The notes under the pieces are model-generated. The model was not told the DNA's origin. It made no database searches and saw only the letters and a program-made list of their open reading frames with translations. Positions 1 through 10,682 of a DNA stretch of 64,000 nt are shown here, piece after piece. The stretch comes from an uncultured Chloroflexia bacterium (lineage in GTDB: Bacteria; Chloroflexota; Anaerolineae; Caldilineales; Caldilineaceae): positions 462,993 through 526,992 of the forward strand of contig CAVVYP010000007.1 of assembly GCA_963752485.1 (NCBI GenBank), in the 5' to 3' direction. How positions within the stretch are numbered: position 1 is the stretch's first letter; each line of letters begins with the position of its first letter. Both the position numbers and the translations under genes were made by a program.

Positions 1-3000
1 CGCCCAGGCCAACCGCTCATAGCGCCACACGGTCTGGCCTGCGTAGTTGCTGTTCTCACCGTTCACCACCCACGGAATCTTCAGGAAGGTATCGCCGTAG
101 TTTTCCGAGCGGGTGTAGTAGGCGTCCGTGGGCGGAGCCTCTGGGGTCACGCTTTGGCCGCCCGTGGACTTGACGTTTTCGCCCGCGCCCGGCCACGAAG
201 AAGATGTTATCCAGATACTCGTCTTCCATGAAGCGGAGGACGGGCAGGGCAGGGTCGCGGCCGTCCACCGGGAAGACCGGCGGCGTGGCGCCAACTCGCG
301 GGTCGGACGAGGTCTCTTTGTTGTTATCGAACTCGGAGACCTTGATGGCAGGTTGGAACTCACCCGGGCCGATGTATGTGCCGGTGATTTCGCATTCACA
401 GACCGCGCCTTCTTCGCACGGCGGACACCAGTCCACACATTCCGGATCGAAGCCGTCGTAGGTGGGCGGCGCATTGCCGCTTCCGTCCTCGTCGGGCACC
501 GTCGGATCCGAGCGCCATTCTCGACAGAAGTAGACGCCTTCGCTATCCGTCACTCCGTCGCCGTCCACGTCGGCCGGAGTGGTTGTCCACGTCTGACCGC
601 CATCGAACGACTTGCGCAGGTAGAAGTTGTAGCGGTCGTTGCCGTTGCGAGCCGCCGCCCAGTTGGGCGACCAGGCGTAGGCCGCCACCACGAAGTCGCC
701 GCGGATGAAACCGCGATGGCTGCGTGCGTTGGAGTACATGCCGGCGCAACTTGTCTCATCACACACCGAGGTGTCGTCTACGCCGTAGGATTCGTTGCCC
801 AGGTTGTACGAATGCTGCGACCAGAGCAGCACCTTATCCGTGCCATACACATCGTCCGTGGGATCGTCAGGCGTATCGTCTTCGGGCCCGGCGTCCACCG
901 CGAGGTCGACGTCGGCCGAGGTCAGGTTGACCTGGTCGCGTCGCTCATAGCCCAGATGCGATCCGCGGGCCTCCCGCCGCAGAGCCGGTCGCCACTGGCC
1001 TCGCCCCAGACGTTGCACAGGTAGCCGGTGTCGCTGGACATCCTGCCGTCGCCGGTCGGGCACGACGGCAGATCGAAGGTCTCGTCCAGGTAGGTCGTGC
1101 ACTGGAAGTCTCGAAGCTGTAGGGATTACCCCGCCCTGGTTCACGATGCCACGGGTGAAGACGTCCGCGGGGCGGCCCATGCCTTCCGGCCCTGCTTGAA
1201 GATAATGTTCGCCACGGTGCCGGAGGGGCCCGCCTGCCCGGGGCCTGTCAGAAGAAACGGGCGCGGCGTGCGATCTCCGTGCGGAACTGGAGGAACTGGG
1301 TCTCGTCCGGCATCCACTCGCCGGTGCCGTCGCCGTTGTCCACATACTGGTCAAAGTAGAGCGGAAGGGCAGGCCCGGTGTACAGGTGCAGGTCGGGCGT
1401 CCGCGTCTCGCAGTAGTTCGGGTAGAGGCCGCCGCATAGGGCCGGCAGGTTCACGATGTGCCCCGCCGACACAAGGTCCGGCTGCGTGAGGTCGAACCAA
1501 TGGCAGATGAGTTCTTACCGAGTCCTGGCGGATCGCTGCTCTCGCCGCCTTCGCCGGGAACGATCTCGCCCGTGTCACCGCCGCCTTCGTCGTGGGCCTC
1601 CGCGGCCAGCGAGTGGCCCATGCCCTTGGACTCTTCATAGGAGAGCAGCACCCAGGCGCTCTCCGTGCCGTCCGGCTTCGTGTAGGTTTGGAGGTGGATG
1701 TTGGAACGGGATGCGCTCCATCACGTCCAGCAGGCGACGTCCGAAGAGATGCGACTGTCTTTGTGCTGCCCTCAGTGTTTATGAAGCGGTACCAGCGCTC
1801 GTGCGCCGTGCTGCCCGGCATGTCCAACATGATGCCGTCGATGTCGCCGTGGTTATCCGACGTGGCGCAGAGGCTCGAGCTTATCCGTGCGACAGGCGCG
1901 ACGCTGGCTCTCCGGGGCGAGGCAGGCAAAGGGCTCGGGGCTCACCGCGTCGCCATGTATCCGACCTCGTCCTGGGTCCATCGGTACGTAGGAACCGGTC
2001 GCTGGGTCAAATGGCGGGCAGCTCCGTGTCCGCATCCAGCGTGACCTTCAGCGGTACCCGGCGCTCACGATGTCATTGTCGGAGATACGCACCGGCAGAG
2101 CGAAGGGGAACGAACGCCTTTCGCCGGCCCAGGCCCGGGCTTTTCGGTCCGGGCTGCTGCTTCCGGCGGGCTGCTGGTATGAAGCGCTCGTCGAGTATGG
2201 AAAAGTCCTCTTGCGTGATGTAGGGGTATACTTGATGTTCTCGGTCTTGCGCATTGGAAGATGGCTCTGCTCGAACCTTCGCCGGGGCCCTTACCCTTGC
2301 CGGGGCGCAGACCGCGGTCCTCCCGCCAGGCGGATGGCAAAGCCGGACCGTGGCAGGTTGCCCGACCATCGGAGTTGAAAGCATCGTGGCGACCGGAGGT
2401 GATGCGCTCGGGCTCGAACCGGACAGATGTTGCTTATCCCGCGACCGCCTCGCTCTCGTCCCTCTCTTCTGTATCGGGATCGTCCAGCCCTTGTCGATGG
2501 GGAGGCGAAGCGCCTGCTGTCGAGGTCCGCCTGCGTCGAGATCGATGCTGTGGCTGCTGCATAGTGCTCTGCACGGGATCCCGCCGATGCCGAGGTCGGC
2601 GACGTTGTCGCATCTCGTCATAGTTGACCGAGCCTTGCTGACCGAGGACGCGCCAGATGTCATTGACAAAGTATGCGTCGTCATACGGGTAGTCGGGCTC
2701 GCAGACTCGCAGAACCCTGTCTGTGTTGCTGAAACAAGAGACTGCGGAGCCCGGTTCCGGTGTTTCGGCCTCTCGGTGTGTCTGGTTGATCGCCCAGGTC
2801 AACGGCGTAGCGTGGGTCGCTGTTTGCGGGTGTATGTGCTCGTCGACACGGCAAGGATGCGATTGTTGTTTATCTTCTATTCTGCGGAGACGTAGTGTGC
2901 CCGGGAAGGGCTGGCCCGTCTCGAGGTCGAACGAGGAGAAGCAGTTTGGCCATGTGTGACACATTCATGCGCTTCCACGGGGCTGTCGTTGTCGCGGGAG

Positions 3001-4500
3001 AGACTGCTATGTGACAGTTGACTGGCGAAGCGATCGTCCCAGAACTGGGTTGTGACATCGTCGTCGAGGACTCCGATCTCGCCGAGATAGCTCGACGGCG
3101 AGGGGTTCGGTCTCATCGCTGAGCACTGTGATGAGCGTTACGCGGCACGTCTCTTCGTCGACATAGTTGCGCTGGTCGCACTTCTTCCGTCGTTGGACTC
3201 GTCATACAGCTCGATACCCTCCGTACGCTACGCCCAGGGCGTCGCCTTCATCCGGGTCGTAGAGGCGGTCGCCGTTCACGTCCCACACAGCAGGGACTGG
3301 TTGCCATTGGAGCGGTAGCCGGGGAACCAGAGCGGCACGACCTCGATTTCGCCGGGCTGCTGTTGCTGAATTTTCTTGTTGTCTTGGTGACGTTCTTGCG
3401 GGGGAAGATGCCGCTGGCGCTGATGCCGTCGGTCAGGTTCGGCTGCGCTTGCTCGGCAGAGAAGACGACGAGCGTCGCCTCCGGGTTGCTGGTGGACACC
3501 GCGGTGCTTCTCGGCGATGAGTGTATCTGACTCAGACCGTCGTCGACCGGTCGACGTTGCCGGATCCACGGCAAGGTTCGCGGCCGCCGTGTTCAACAGC
3601 CCCGACGCTGGGCCAGATGTCGATCCCCGCCTGTGGGTTTCTCGTCCGCGTCCATGCTCTCGAGAGCCGGGTCACGTTCGTCATGGCCAGGTCTTCCACG
3701 TCGGCCATGAAAATGTTGAGCGGCGAGATCTTGTTGCCGGTTTCCGCCTGGCCCAGATAGACGTTGCCGACCCACAGGTCGACGCGGCTCTGCTGGGAAT
3801 AGTCAAAGCTGCCGGCCTCGTCGGTCAGGCCCGAATTGCTCGGGGTAGCGAAGCCCAGGCCGCCCACAGGCGAGGTCGAGAAAGTGGCGGGCGACGGGGT
3901 GTGCAAGCTGACAGTCGAAGGTCCAGCGGACTTCGAGCCGCGTTTAAAACTGGTCCGGACCGTAGGCTGCAGAGACGCTGCTGTTGCGCCCCGCTGCGCC
4001 CGTTTCCGTCCAGGTAGTAGAGCTGAGCGTGGACAGATGGCGATGGTGGGGAAGCGGTAGTCCGACGACGTGCCGCGAGACTTGAAGCCCCAAGTCCTCT
4101 TTGAGGTCCAGGGTAAGTTGGTGCACGGTGGTCGGGGAAACCTTGGTACGCTTCGTAAACGGGGACTTGCCTGGTATGGGTTTCCGTTGTTGGCCGCCGG
4201 AATCGGTTCAAGTCCGGGTAGCCGGCGTAGACCATGACTGGCCTGATGGCTGCAGCCCTCCATGGGCTCGACCTTGACCATCAGCTCTTGGGTGAGTCCA
4301 CAACTTTCACCGTGCCCATCTCTTCGTCTTGTTGGTGAGTAGCGTGGCCTCATGGGTCCCGGCCCCACGGAACCGGCGCGGGCGCCGGCGACGCTGGGCA
4401 GGAAAGCAGCAACGCGAAACAACAATGGGATAACTATATCAGCGTACCCATCCTGCGTTCCATGATTGCCCCCTCTCTTTGAACTGCATCTTGGACGCAC
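1..4500 (-). pseudogene. Remnant of a very large (>1400 aa) extracellular protein with BNR/Asp-box repeats. It is broken into at least 8 frames and runs off the window start.
   Basis: Protein-like minus-strand segments in successive frames (ORFs 56..1354, 1248..1472, 2434..2964, 2877..3116, 3248..3574, 3532..4500). Asp-box motif SFDGGQTWT is present. Composition is plausible for a real protein (e.g. ENYGDTFLKIPWVVNGENSNYAGQTVWRYERLAWA at the window edge). No single frame is open for more than about 430 aa. Confidence 0.4.
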
Positions 4501-5247
4501 GGCGTACGAATCCGGAGGCCCGTAAACTTTTGGATGAATGAATGTGATGTCATGGTCAGTTCTCGCGTCGGCGATCCCTGCATCCTTGCGTCACAGCCGG
4601 CCCGGGCCAAGCGAACCGTCTGCTCTCAGCCGGCTATCGAAGATGCGAAGCTATGTTCCGTTCCGCCGAGCGGCGGATCGTGCGGTGGAGCGCCGTCCGA
4701 GACGGACACCGAGACCGGTGGAGACGAGCATGTTGGGGAGGCACTGTAATCGCGGCTGTTCGCATCACGATCGCCCGGTCGCTGTTCAGGTCGACGCCGA
4801 GAAGCATGGTCCCGGGCAATCCATACAGCAGGGATAGGATGCGGCACGACAGCGGAGTTCCGATTTCGAAGACGATCGGGCTCGGGTCTGAGCGCTGCGG
4901 CACAGGTCTTGATGTTGAAACCTGGGGGTTCATTCGTGTCTACGGAAATCGAATGCCTCTCCATCAAAGAGAGCGCCAACGCCTTCCATGAGAACGGAAT
5001 CCCTACGACTAGAACGCCAGGCCCGCGTGTTCATATACGGTCTACCCGTGGCGGTCGGCCGTTCTTTGCGGCCGACGTCTCGAGTGAACGGCGGACACGG
5101 GCGCGCTTCAATCGTTCTTCGCCTCATCGAGGCATGAACAAGAGTAGCCTCGCTAGGCCGAAGCGACCGGCGAGTGATAAATTCGCTCCGTTTAGGAATG
5201 AGTGAGCCAGTTCGGGGCCGGGCAGGGGAGGTGATTCACCGGCGACC

Positions 5248-5900
5248 TCATCGCGCCGGTGCGCATGCGGCAGCGTTAGGAAGGGCGTCGCTGTCCGGGG
5301 AAGGAGGAATCAGCCCCTTGCGCAGGGCGTACTGGGCGGCTTCATGGCGATGGCTGAGCTGGAGCTTGGCGAGGAGTTGCGCATGTGGGTCTTGACAGTG
5401 TGGATGCTGATGGTAAGCGTCTCTCGGCGATCTCCTGGTCGGTCGCGTGCTGGGCGGCAGGCTCACACCTCCTGCTCGACGGTGAGTAGGCTGGTGGATC
5501 ATCCGCGACGATGTCGTGTGACCGTCCGGCTGAGGCGGCGGAATTCGTCGAGCATGCGGCCGCTGAGTTCGGGCGTGAGCGCGGCTTCGCCGTGCACCGC
5601 GCCGCGGCAACATGGCGAGCAGTCTCGGGGTGGATACTCTTGAGCAGGTAGCCTTGGGCTCCGGTCTTGATAGCCTCGAACAGCTTGTCGTCCTCGTCGC
5701 GCACGGTGAGCATGACGACGATGGTCTGGGGGAGGCGGCCTTGACGGCTTTCGTGGCTGCGACGCCGTCGCAGCCGGGCATGCCGCACATCCATCAAGGA
5801 TCAGGTCCGGCTTCAGCTTTGGCCTTCGACCACCCTTCCAGCCCGTCACGGCTTCTCCGACGACTTCGAAATCGGGCTGGGTGTCAGTATCGTTGCCATC
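5248..5900 (-). pseudogene. NarL/FixJ-family response regulator (receiver + LuxR-type HTH), frameshifted.
   Basis: Receiver motifs KPDLILMDVRMPGCDGVAATKAVK and VVMLTVRDEDDKLFEAIKTGAQGYLLK lie in different frames. The C-terminal LuxR HTH AQLLAKLQLSHRHEAAQYALRKGLI lies in a third frame. Confidence 0.55.
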
Positions 5901-8900
5901 CCTTCACGGAAGAGTGGTGATCGTCCCGCGAGCAAAACGCGAATGACTCGGATAGCGCCATCCCCTTGCGCTAGGCAGCCCCTCACGACGTATGACCAGC
6001 TGAGCACCTGTGAGCTCTTTCGGACAGCTTCTTGGCGATTGCTTTCCTGTAGATTTTCTTCTGTCGATCGCGTTCTGTCGATCGCCTTCTGTTGTTCGCC
6101 GTCCTGCGGTCAACGTTCGGGGGGCTGCCGGTTTGCGGCCAGGTGGAGTACGCGGGCGCCCTCGCCGGGCGGTGTATCGATTTCTACAACGCCGTCGATA
6201 TGTGCGGCGCAAGTCTGCATGATGCTGAGGCCGAAGTGACCGCCGTCTGGGAGCGTTCCTGCGGTTGGAATCCGCGGCCGTCATCGGCTCGACGACATGC
6301 GAATCGCCCCGGGCAAGCGCGGCGGTGACGGTGATGCGGCTGCGCCGGCGTGGCAGGCGCGCGTTCAGGATCGCTTCCTGTACACGGCAGCACCTGCTCC
6401 GACTCGTCCGGCGGCAGATACAGGGGATCGGACAGATGCGCTACGACTTCCCACGGGCGGTTCGTCGTCCACAGCGAACTCGCCGGCGATGCGCGCCGAG
6501 CGATTCCTGCAACGATGGCGCGGCTCCGGGTCCGCCTGCAGGCTGGTGATGGAGCGCCGCACTCGGTCGACGTGCGGTCGATGGGCGCTGCACTTGCAGC
6601 AAGTTCTGTCTGGCGCCTGCTGGGAATTGTCGTTTTCCGATGGGCGAGGGCGATGTCCGTCTTTAGATTCATGTAGCTCAGGACCTGTGCCAGGCCGTCG
6701 TGCATGTTGGCGGCGATGCGCTGTCGCTCTTCAAGCGCCGCGGACAGTTCGGCCTGCTGGTGGAATGTCGCATTGGCCTGGGCAACGGTGCACGGTGGCC
6801 GAAGCGTTCAATGAGGCTGATTTCGTCGGGTCGCCAGCGCGGGCCGATGGTCGAAAGGGCCGAGGAACTCGAGCGAAGTGGCGTCCGCCGAGGGGCAGAC
6901 AGAGCACCGGCGCGGCATTCTGAGTCCCCCGCCAGAAGCGCGGAGCGCGGGTCCGCCGACGCGTCTGGTGCGACGGTTGTCCGCTGGGTCCGAGAGACTC
7001 CGTCAAGAGGGCTGCGGGGATAGATCCTGTTTAGAATGGCGTTGCTCATCTCTGGCCCAGACCATGGCTGGCGACAAGCTCGCACGTCTTCTGATTGTCG
7101 GAACAGCGGAAGACGGCGGCTTTGCTGCATCCGCCGAGCCGCGTGGACTGCTCGGCGATGGTGCGGTTGACGGCGTCGGGATCGAGTGTGGCGGCGAGCC
7201 GGCCGCTAACGCGGTGCAGCAAGTCCAACTCCGCGGTCGACCGTTCCGCTGCCTGGTAGAGACGGGCGTTCTCCACGGCCATAGCGATCTGCTGGCCGAT
7301 TGCGGTCAATTGCTCTACGACGGACTGTTGATCCGCGCCGATACGCCGCGAGCCGACGGTCAATGACCCGACGGTGCGGCCTTTGGTGATGAGCGGGATG
7401 CTGATGAGCGTCTGGATATTTGCGCTTTCCAGGCACTCAGGAGCGTCCGGCGATTCCGAATCTGATAACGAATGACTGAGGGACTGCCGTTCGCTGATGG
7501 CGTCGGCTGCCAGCGCGATGAGGAACCTCTGCTCGTTCGCCCGCTCCGACCAAATCGTCTGCGGATATGCAGCCGCGGACGGCCTGCGGCGTAAGTTCGC
7601 CGGTTTCCGGATCCTGCAAGTGGATGACGCCTATCTCCAGGTCCTGCATCGACAGTACGGTGTCGAGCGCGTCGTTGAGTATCGCATTGAGATCCAGCGA
7701 TTGGCTGACGGTGGAGGCGACGGCGTTTTGCGCGGCGAGGCGGGCGTTGCGGCGTGCGATTTCGATCTCGGCTTGCTTGTGCTCGGTGATGTCCTGGAAA
7801 ACGACCACGGCGCCGGCCAGTTGTTCGTGGGTGCGCACGGGGTTGGCGATGTAGCGGACGGGGAAGCTGGCGCCGTTTCGCCGCCAAAAGACCTCGTCGT
7901 CTCCCAAGCGCTTGACGCCAAACCGGTAGGCCGGGTAGATGGGGTTCTCGTCCTCGCGATACGAAGCGCCGTCTTGACGGCTGTGCAGCCAGATGTCGTG
8001 GCTGGACTGGCCGATCAGCTCGTCGCGGGCTCGTAGCCAAGCATGTCGGCCGCAGCCGGATTCACGAATGTATACCGGCCTTCCCGGTCGAGCCCGCAGA
8101 TGCCTTCCCCGGCCGATGCCAGAATCATTTCATAGCGCTGGCCCAGATTCTCCAGCGCGGCTTCGGTCTGCTGGCGCTCGCGTATCTCGTCGCGCATCTG
8201 TGCGTTCACGGTTTCCAGTTCGGCGGTGCGCACGGCGACCAGTTCCTCCAGATGCTCTCGATGGAGGGCGAGCGCATCCTCCGCCTCCCGTTTCTCAATC
8301 GACTGTTCACGTAGATAGATAAAGCCGAGCACCGGGATGGCGAGCAGATGGAGGCTGTTCGCGACGGGACACATGACGTGGTTGTAGGTCTTGTCGGATC
8401 CGTAGTTGATCAGGATGATGAGCTCGCTCAGGAAGAAGAGTGAGAGCGCCAGGACTACGACGCGGCTCAGCCATGCCCGTTTCCTGGCTAGGTGGAAGAT
8501 GGCGACGCCCATCAACAGAAGCAGAGAGCTGTGAAAGAGCCACGCGATCCACGATAGTGGAAGTGAATCTGCGGATTCTGGGCAACCTGCCGCGGCCAAA
8601 CGGCGATGCCCGCCGCAAAGGCCAGGGCCGTCATCGCGCCGCCGGCAATGAGAAACCGGCGCGAGAGGCGCTCGTCGTCCAGCGCATAGCGCAGGAACGC
8701 GCCGGCCACCGCCACGATGGCGGCCATGGTGAGCGCATGCTCCAGCGGCTGGTGCAGTGCTCCCAGTCCGGATTCCTCGCCGACGATCATGCGTTCGGTG
8801 ACCTGGCTGAGCATGAAGAGCTCTCGCGTTAGGCCCAGGCCGAAGCCGAGGAGCAGAGTCGCTCGCGGCGGAAATGCTGGGACCGCTGCCGGGACCATGC

Positions 8901-9030
8901 GATCATCAGGAGAACGGCCCACAGGATGGCGGCAAGACCGAAGCGGACCAGATTGTTTTCAACTGGGCCGGGCCCGCCGGCAAACTCGCCCAGCAACGTT
9001 AGCAGATAGTCGCCCACGTCGTTCACTGTA
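5900..9030 (-). pseudogene. Membrane multi-domain sensor histidine kinase (TM region, PAS, GAF, HisKA_3, HATPase_c), with multiple frameshifts.
   Basis: TM-rich N-terminus (ORFs 8829..9026, 8512..8922, 8015..8599). PAS segment GICGLDREGRYTFVNPAAADMLGYEP. PAS/GAF segments in 7437..7907 and 7046..7363. HisKA_3 signature MHDGLAQVLSYM at 6705. DDGRGF and QEAILNAR HATPase fragments lie in other frames. Confidence 0.5.
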
Positions 9031-9516
9031 TCATCTCCACTGCACCATTTCGCTGAATGTGCGTCCAGTGGGAGTGCACCTACACTATGAGCCGGATCGA
9101 ACGTGGAACTCTGTAACCGGCTCTGTGCGGATACCTATGCGGATAGCTGTACGGACAACGGAGAAATCGTCTTGAGATCAAGACTTCTCAAATAGCACTG
9201 TGCGGTGGCGCAGTATTGCGTACGCCAATTTGGAGCGATGTTCGCAATTATACACGATTTCGTCCGTATGTCGTATCAGTTTTGAAGGCGAACCGTAGGG
9301 CAGCCACAGGGCTTGGATCGCTCGTGCCGGACGAGAGGACTTGGGCGGAATGGTCGACCACTTGGACCCGCTTCCTGCGTGCGAAGGATGCGGCCCGAAC
9401 ATGCTGAAAACGCTGTTGACAGATGGGCGGTGGTCGTGCAGACTCTTCCGCGCGCTCGACCGGAGGACTGACGGAAAGACCGTGCACCCGCTGTACCGAT
9501 CGGGCTCGCGCCGGGT

Positions 9517-10386
9517 TTGTGGCAATGCGCTTGGAAGGAGGCAGATCGACCATGGGGCTTGACGGTGCGTTGGCGAGATTTGACGCGGACACGGACTGAA
9601 TCGCGGCGCCGCAAGGCGCTGTATCAGCAGGTCTCCTGCTTTTTCCGGGAATGCCAGGTGGACCTGCTCTCGTTCGAGGATGTGCGCAAGGAGATGCACC
9701 TGACGCAGAAGATTTATCGCGGCGTGCAGGACATTCCCGTGGACCGCATCCGCGGCAGTGTGGGGCGATACGATGATTTCACGTCGGCATTTCTGCCGCG
9801 CAAGGGCCATTTGCGAGAACGATGGGAGCGCGTCGATCGTGCGATGATGGCCGGAGAGACGCCGCCCATCGAAGTGTACCAGGTGGGCGACGCCTACTTC
9901 GTGCTGGACGGCAACCATCGAGTTTCCATCGCCCGCCAGCATCGCCAGGACCTGATCGAGGCGGTGGTCTGGGAATACCCCAGGCCGCGCGGCCTGGGAG
10001 CCGACGTCGACATCCTGGCATTCGTGAACGACAGCGAACGCAGTGAATTTCTGGCGAAATACGGCCAGTGTAGCCCGCAGGCTGTGGCCGAGATCGTACT
10101 AACTTGCGCGTGTTGCTACGAGGACCTGGCTTCCATGATTGAGGCCTATCGACGAGGTCTGGATGAAGCTGGTGCGGGCCCGGTCTCCACGGAGCAGGCG
10201 GTGTCGGGCTGGTATAGCGAGGTGTACGCCCCGGCGATCGCAGGCATTCGCCAAAACGAACTACTGGCGCGCTTTCCGGATCGAGCCGAGGCGGACCTGT
10301 TCATTTGGGCGTGGAAGAATAACCAGGACTTGGAAGAGATGGCGCGGGCGGAGGGGATAGCGCCGGTGGCAGGCAAGGAATTGTAG
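9517..10386 (+). CDS. ParB/sulfiredoxin-like nuclease-domain protein. The true start is probably an internal start codon.
   Basis: DGNHR motif in YFVLDGNHRVSIARQHRQDLIEAVVWEY. N-terminal region KIYRGVQDIPVDRIRGSVGRYDDF. Single open frame of 289 aa. Confidence 0.55.
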   Translation: MWQCAWKEADRPWGLTVRWRDLTRTRTESRRRKALYQQVSCFFRECQVDLLSFEDVRKEMHLTQKIYRGVQDIPVDRIRGSVGRYDDFTSAFLPRKGHLRERWERVDRAMMAGETPPIEVYQVGDAYFVLDGNHRVSIARQHRQDLIEAVVWEYPRPRGLGADVDILAFVNDSERSEFLAKYGQCSPQAVAEIVLTCACCYEDLASMIEAYRRGLDEAGAGPVSTEQAVSGWYSEVYAPAIAGIRQNELLARFPDRAEADLFIWAWKNNQDLEEMARAEGIAPVAGKEL

Positions 10387-10565
10387 TCGAGCGAGCAAGG
10401 AAGCGGGGGTCGGACGAGGCGTCGTCGCGGCCATTCACAGACGATGAACCTGCTTGCGACGCGATTATTGCGGTGGCTCCGCGTGCCACGCTACCCATCG
10501 TGAATCTGTATCTCGTCATTCAACGACAGTTCGTCGAGTCGCTGACCATGTCCGGCCTGAAAGGG

Positions 10566-10577
10566 TAGCGTACGCTA
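10566..10577. promoter_or_regulatory. 12-bp perfect palindrome TAGCGTACGCTA, about 105 bp upstream of the 10683 operon start. Candidate operator.
   Basis: Read directly from the sequence; self-complementary. Confidence 0.2.
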
Positions 10578-10682
10578 CGCGCGGAGAGCTTGTTCGCCGG
10601 CTGAATCACCCATCCAACTCCGCGTTTCGAACCATCCTGTGAATCGCACAAACTCAAACCCCATGAAGCCAAGAGGTACTAG

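Noticed and set aside
128-1024. Long plus-strand ORFs such as 128..1024, 10749..12191(-), 29343..30638(+), 19344..20093(-) and 22378..23721(-)
   Set aside because: They are Arg/Ala/Gly-rich with low complexity. They lie antisense to well-supported genes, which is typical of spurious ORFs in high-GC DNA.
6040-6110. Short tandem repeat TTCTGTCGATCGCG x2-3
   Set aside because: It lies inside the decayed kinase/regulator coding region. It is short and imperfect. It is probably a coding-sequence duplication or slippage with no evident function.
9150-9175. GTCTTGA-GA-TCAAGAC palindrome upstream of the decayed kinase
   Set aside because: The 7-bp arms are short. There is no adjacent intact gene to regulate. 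Noted only.
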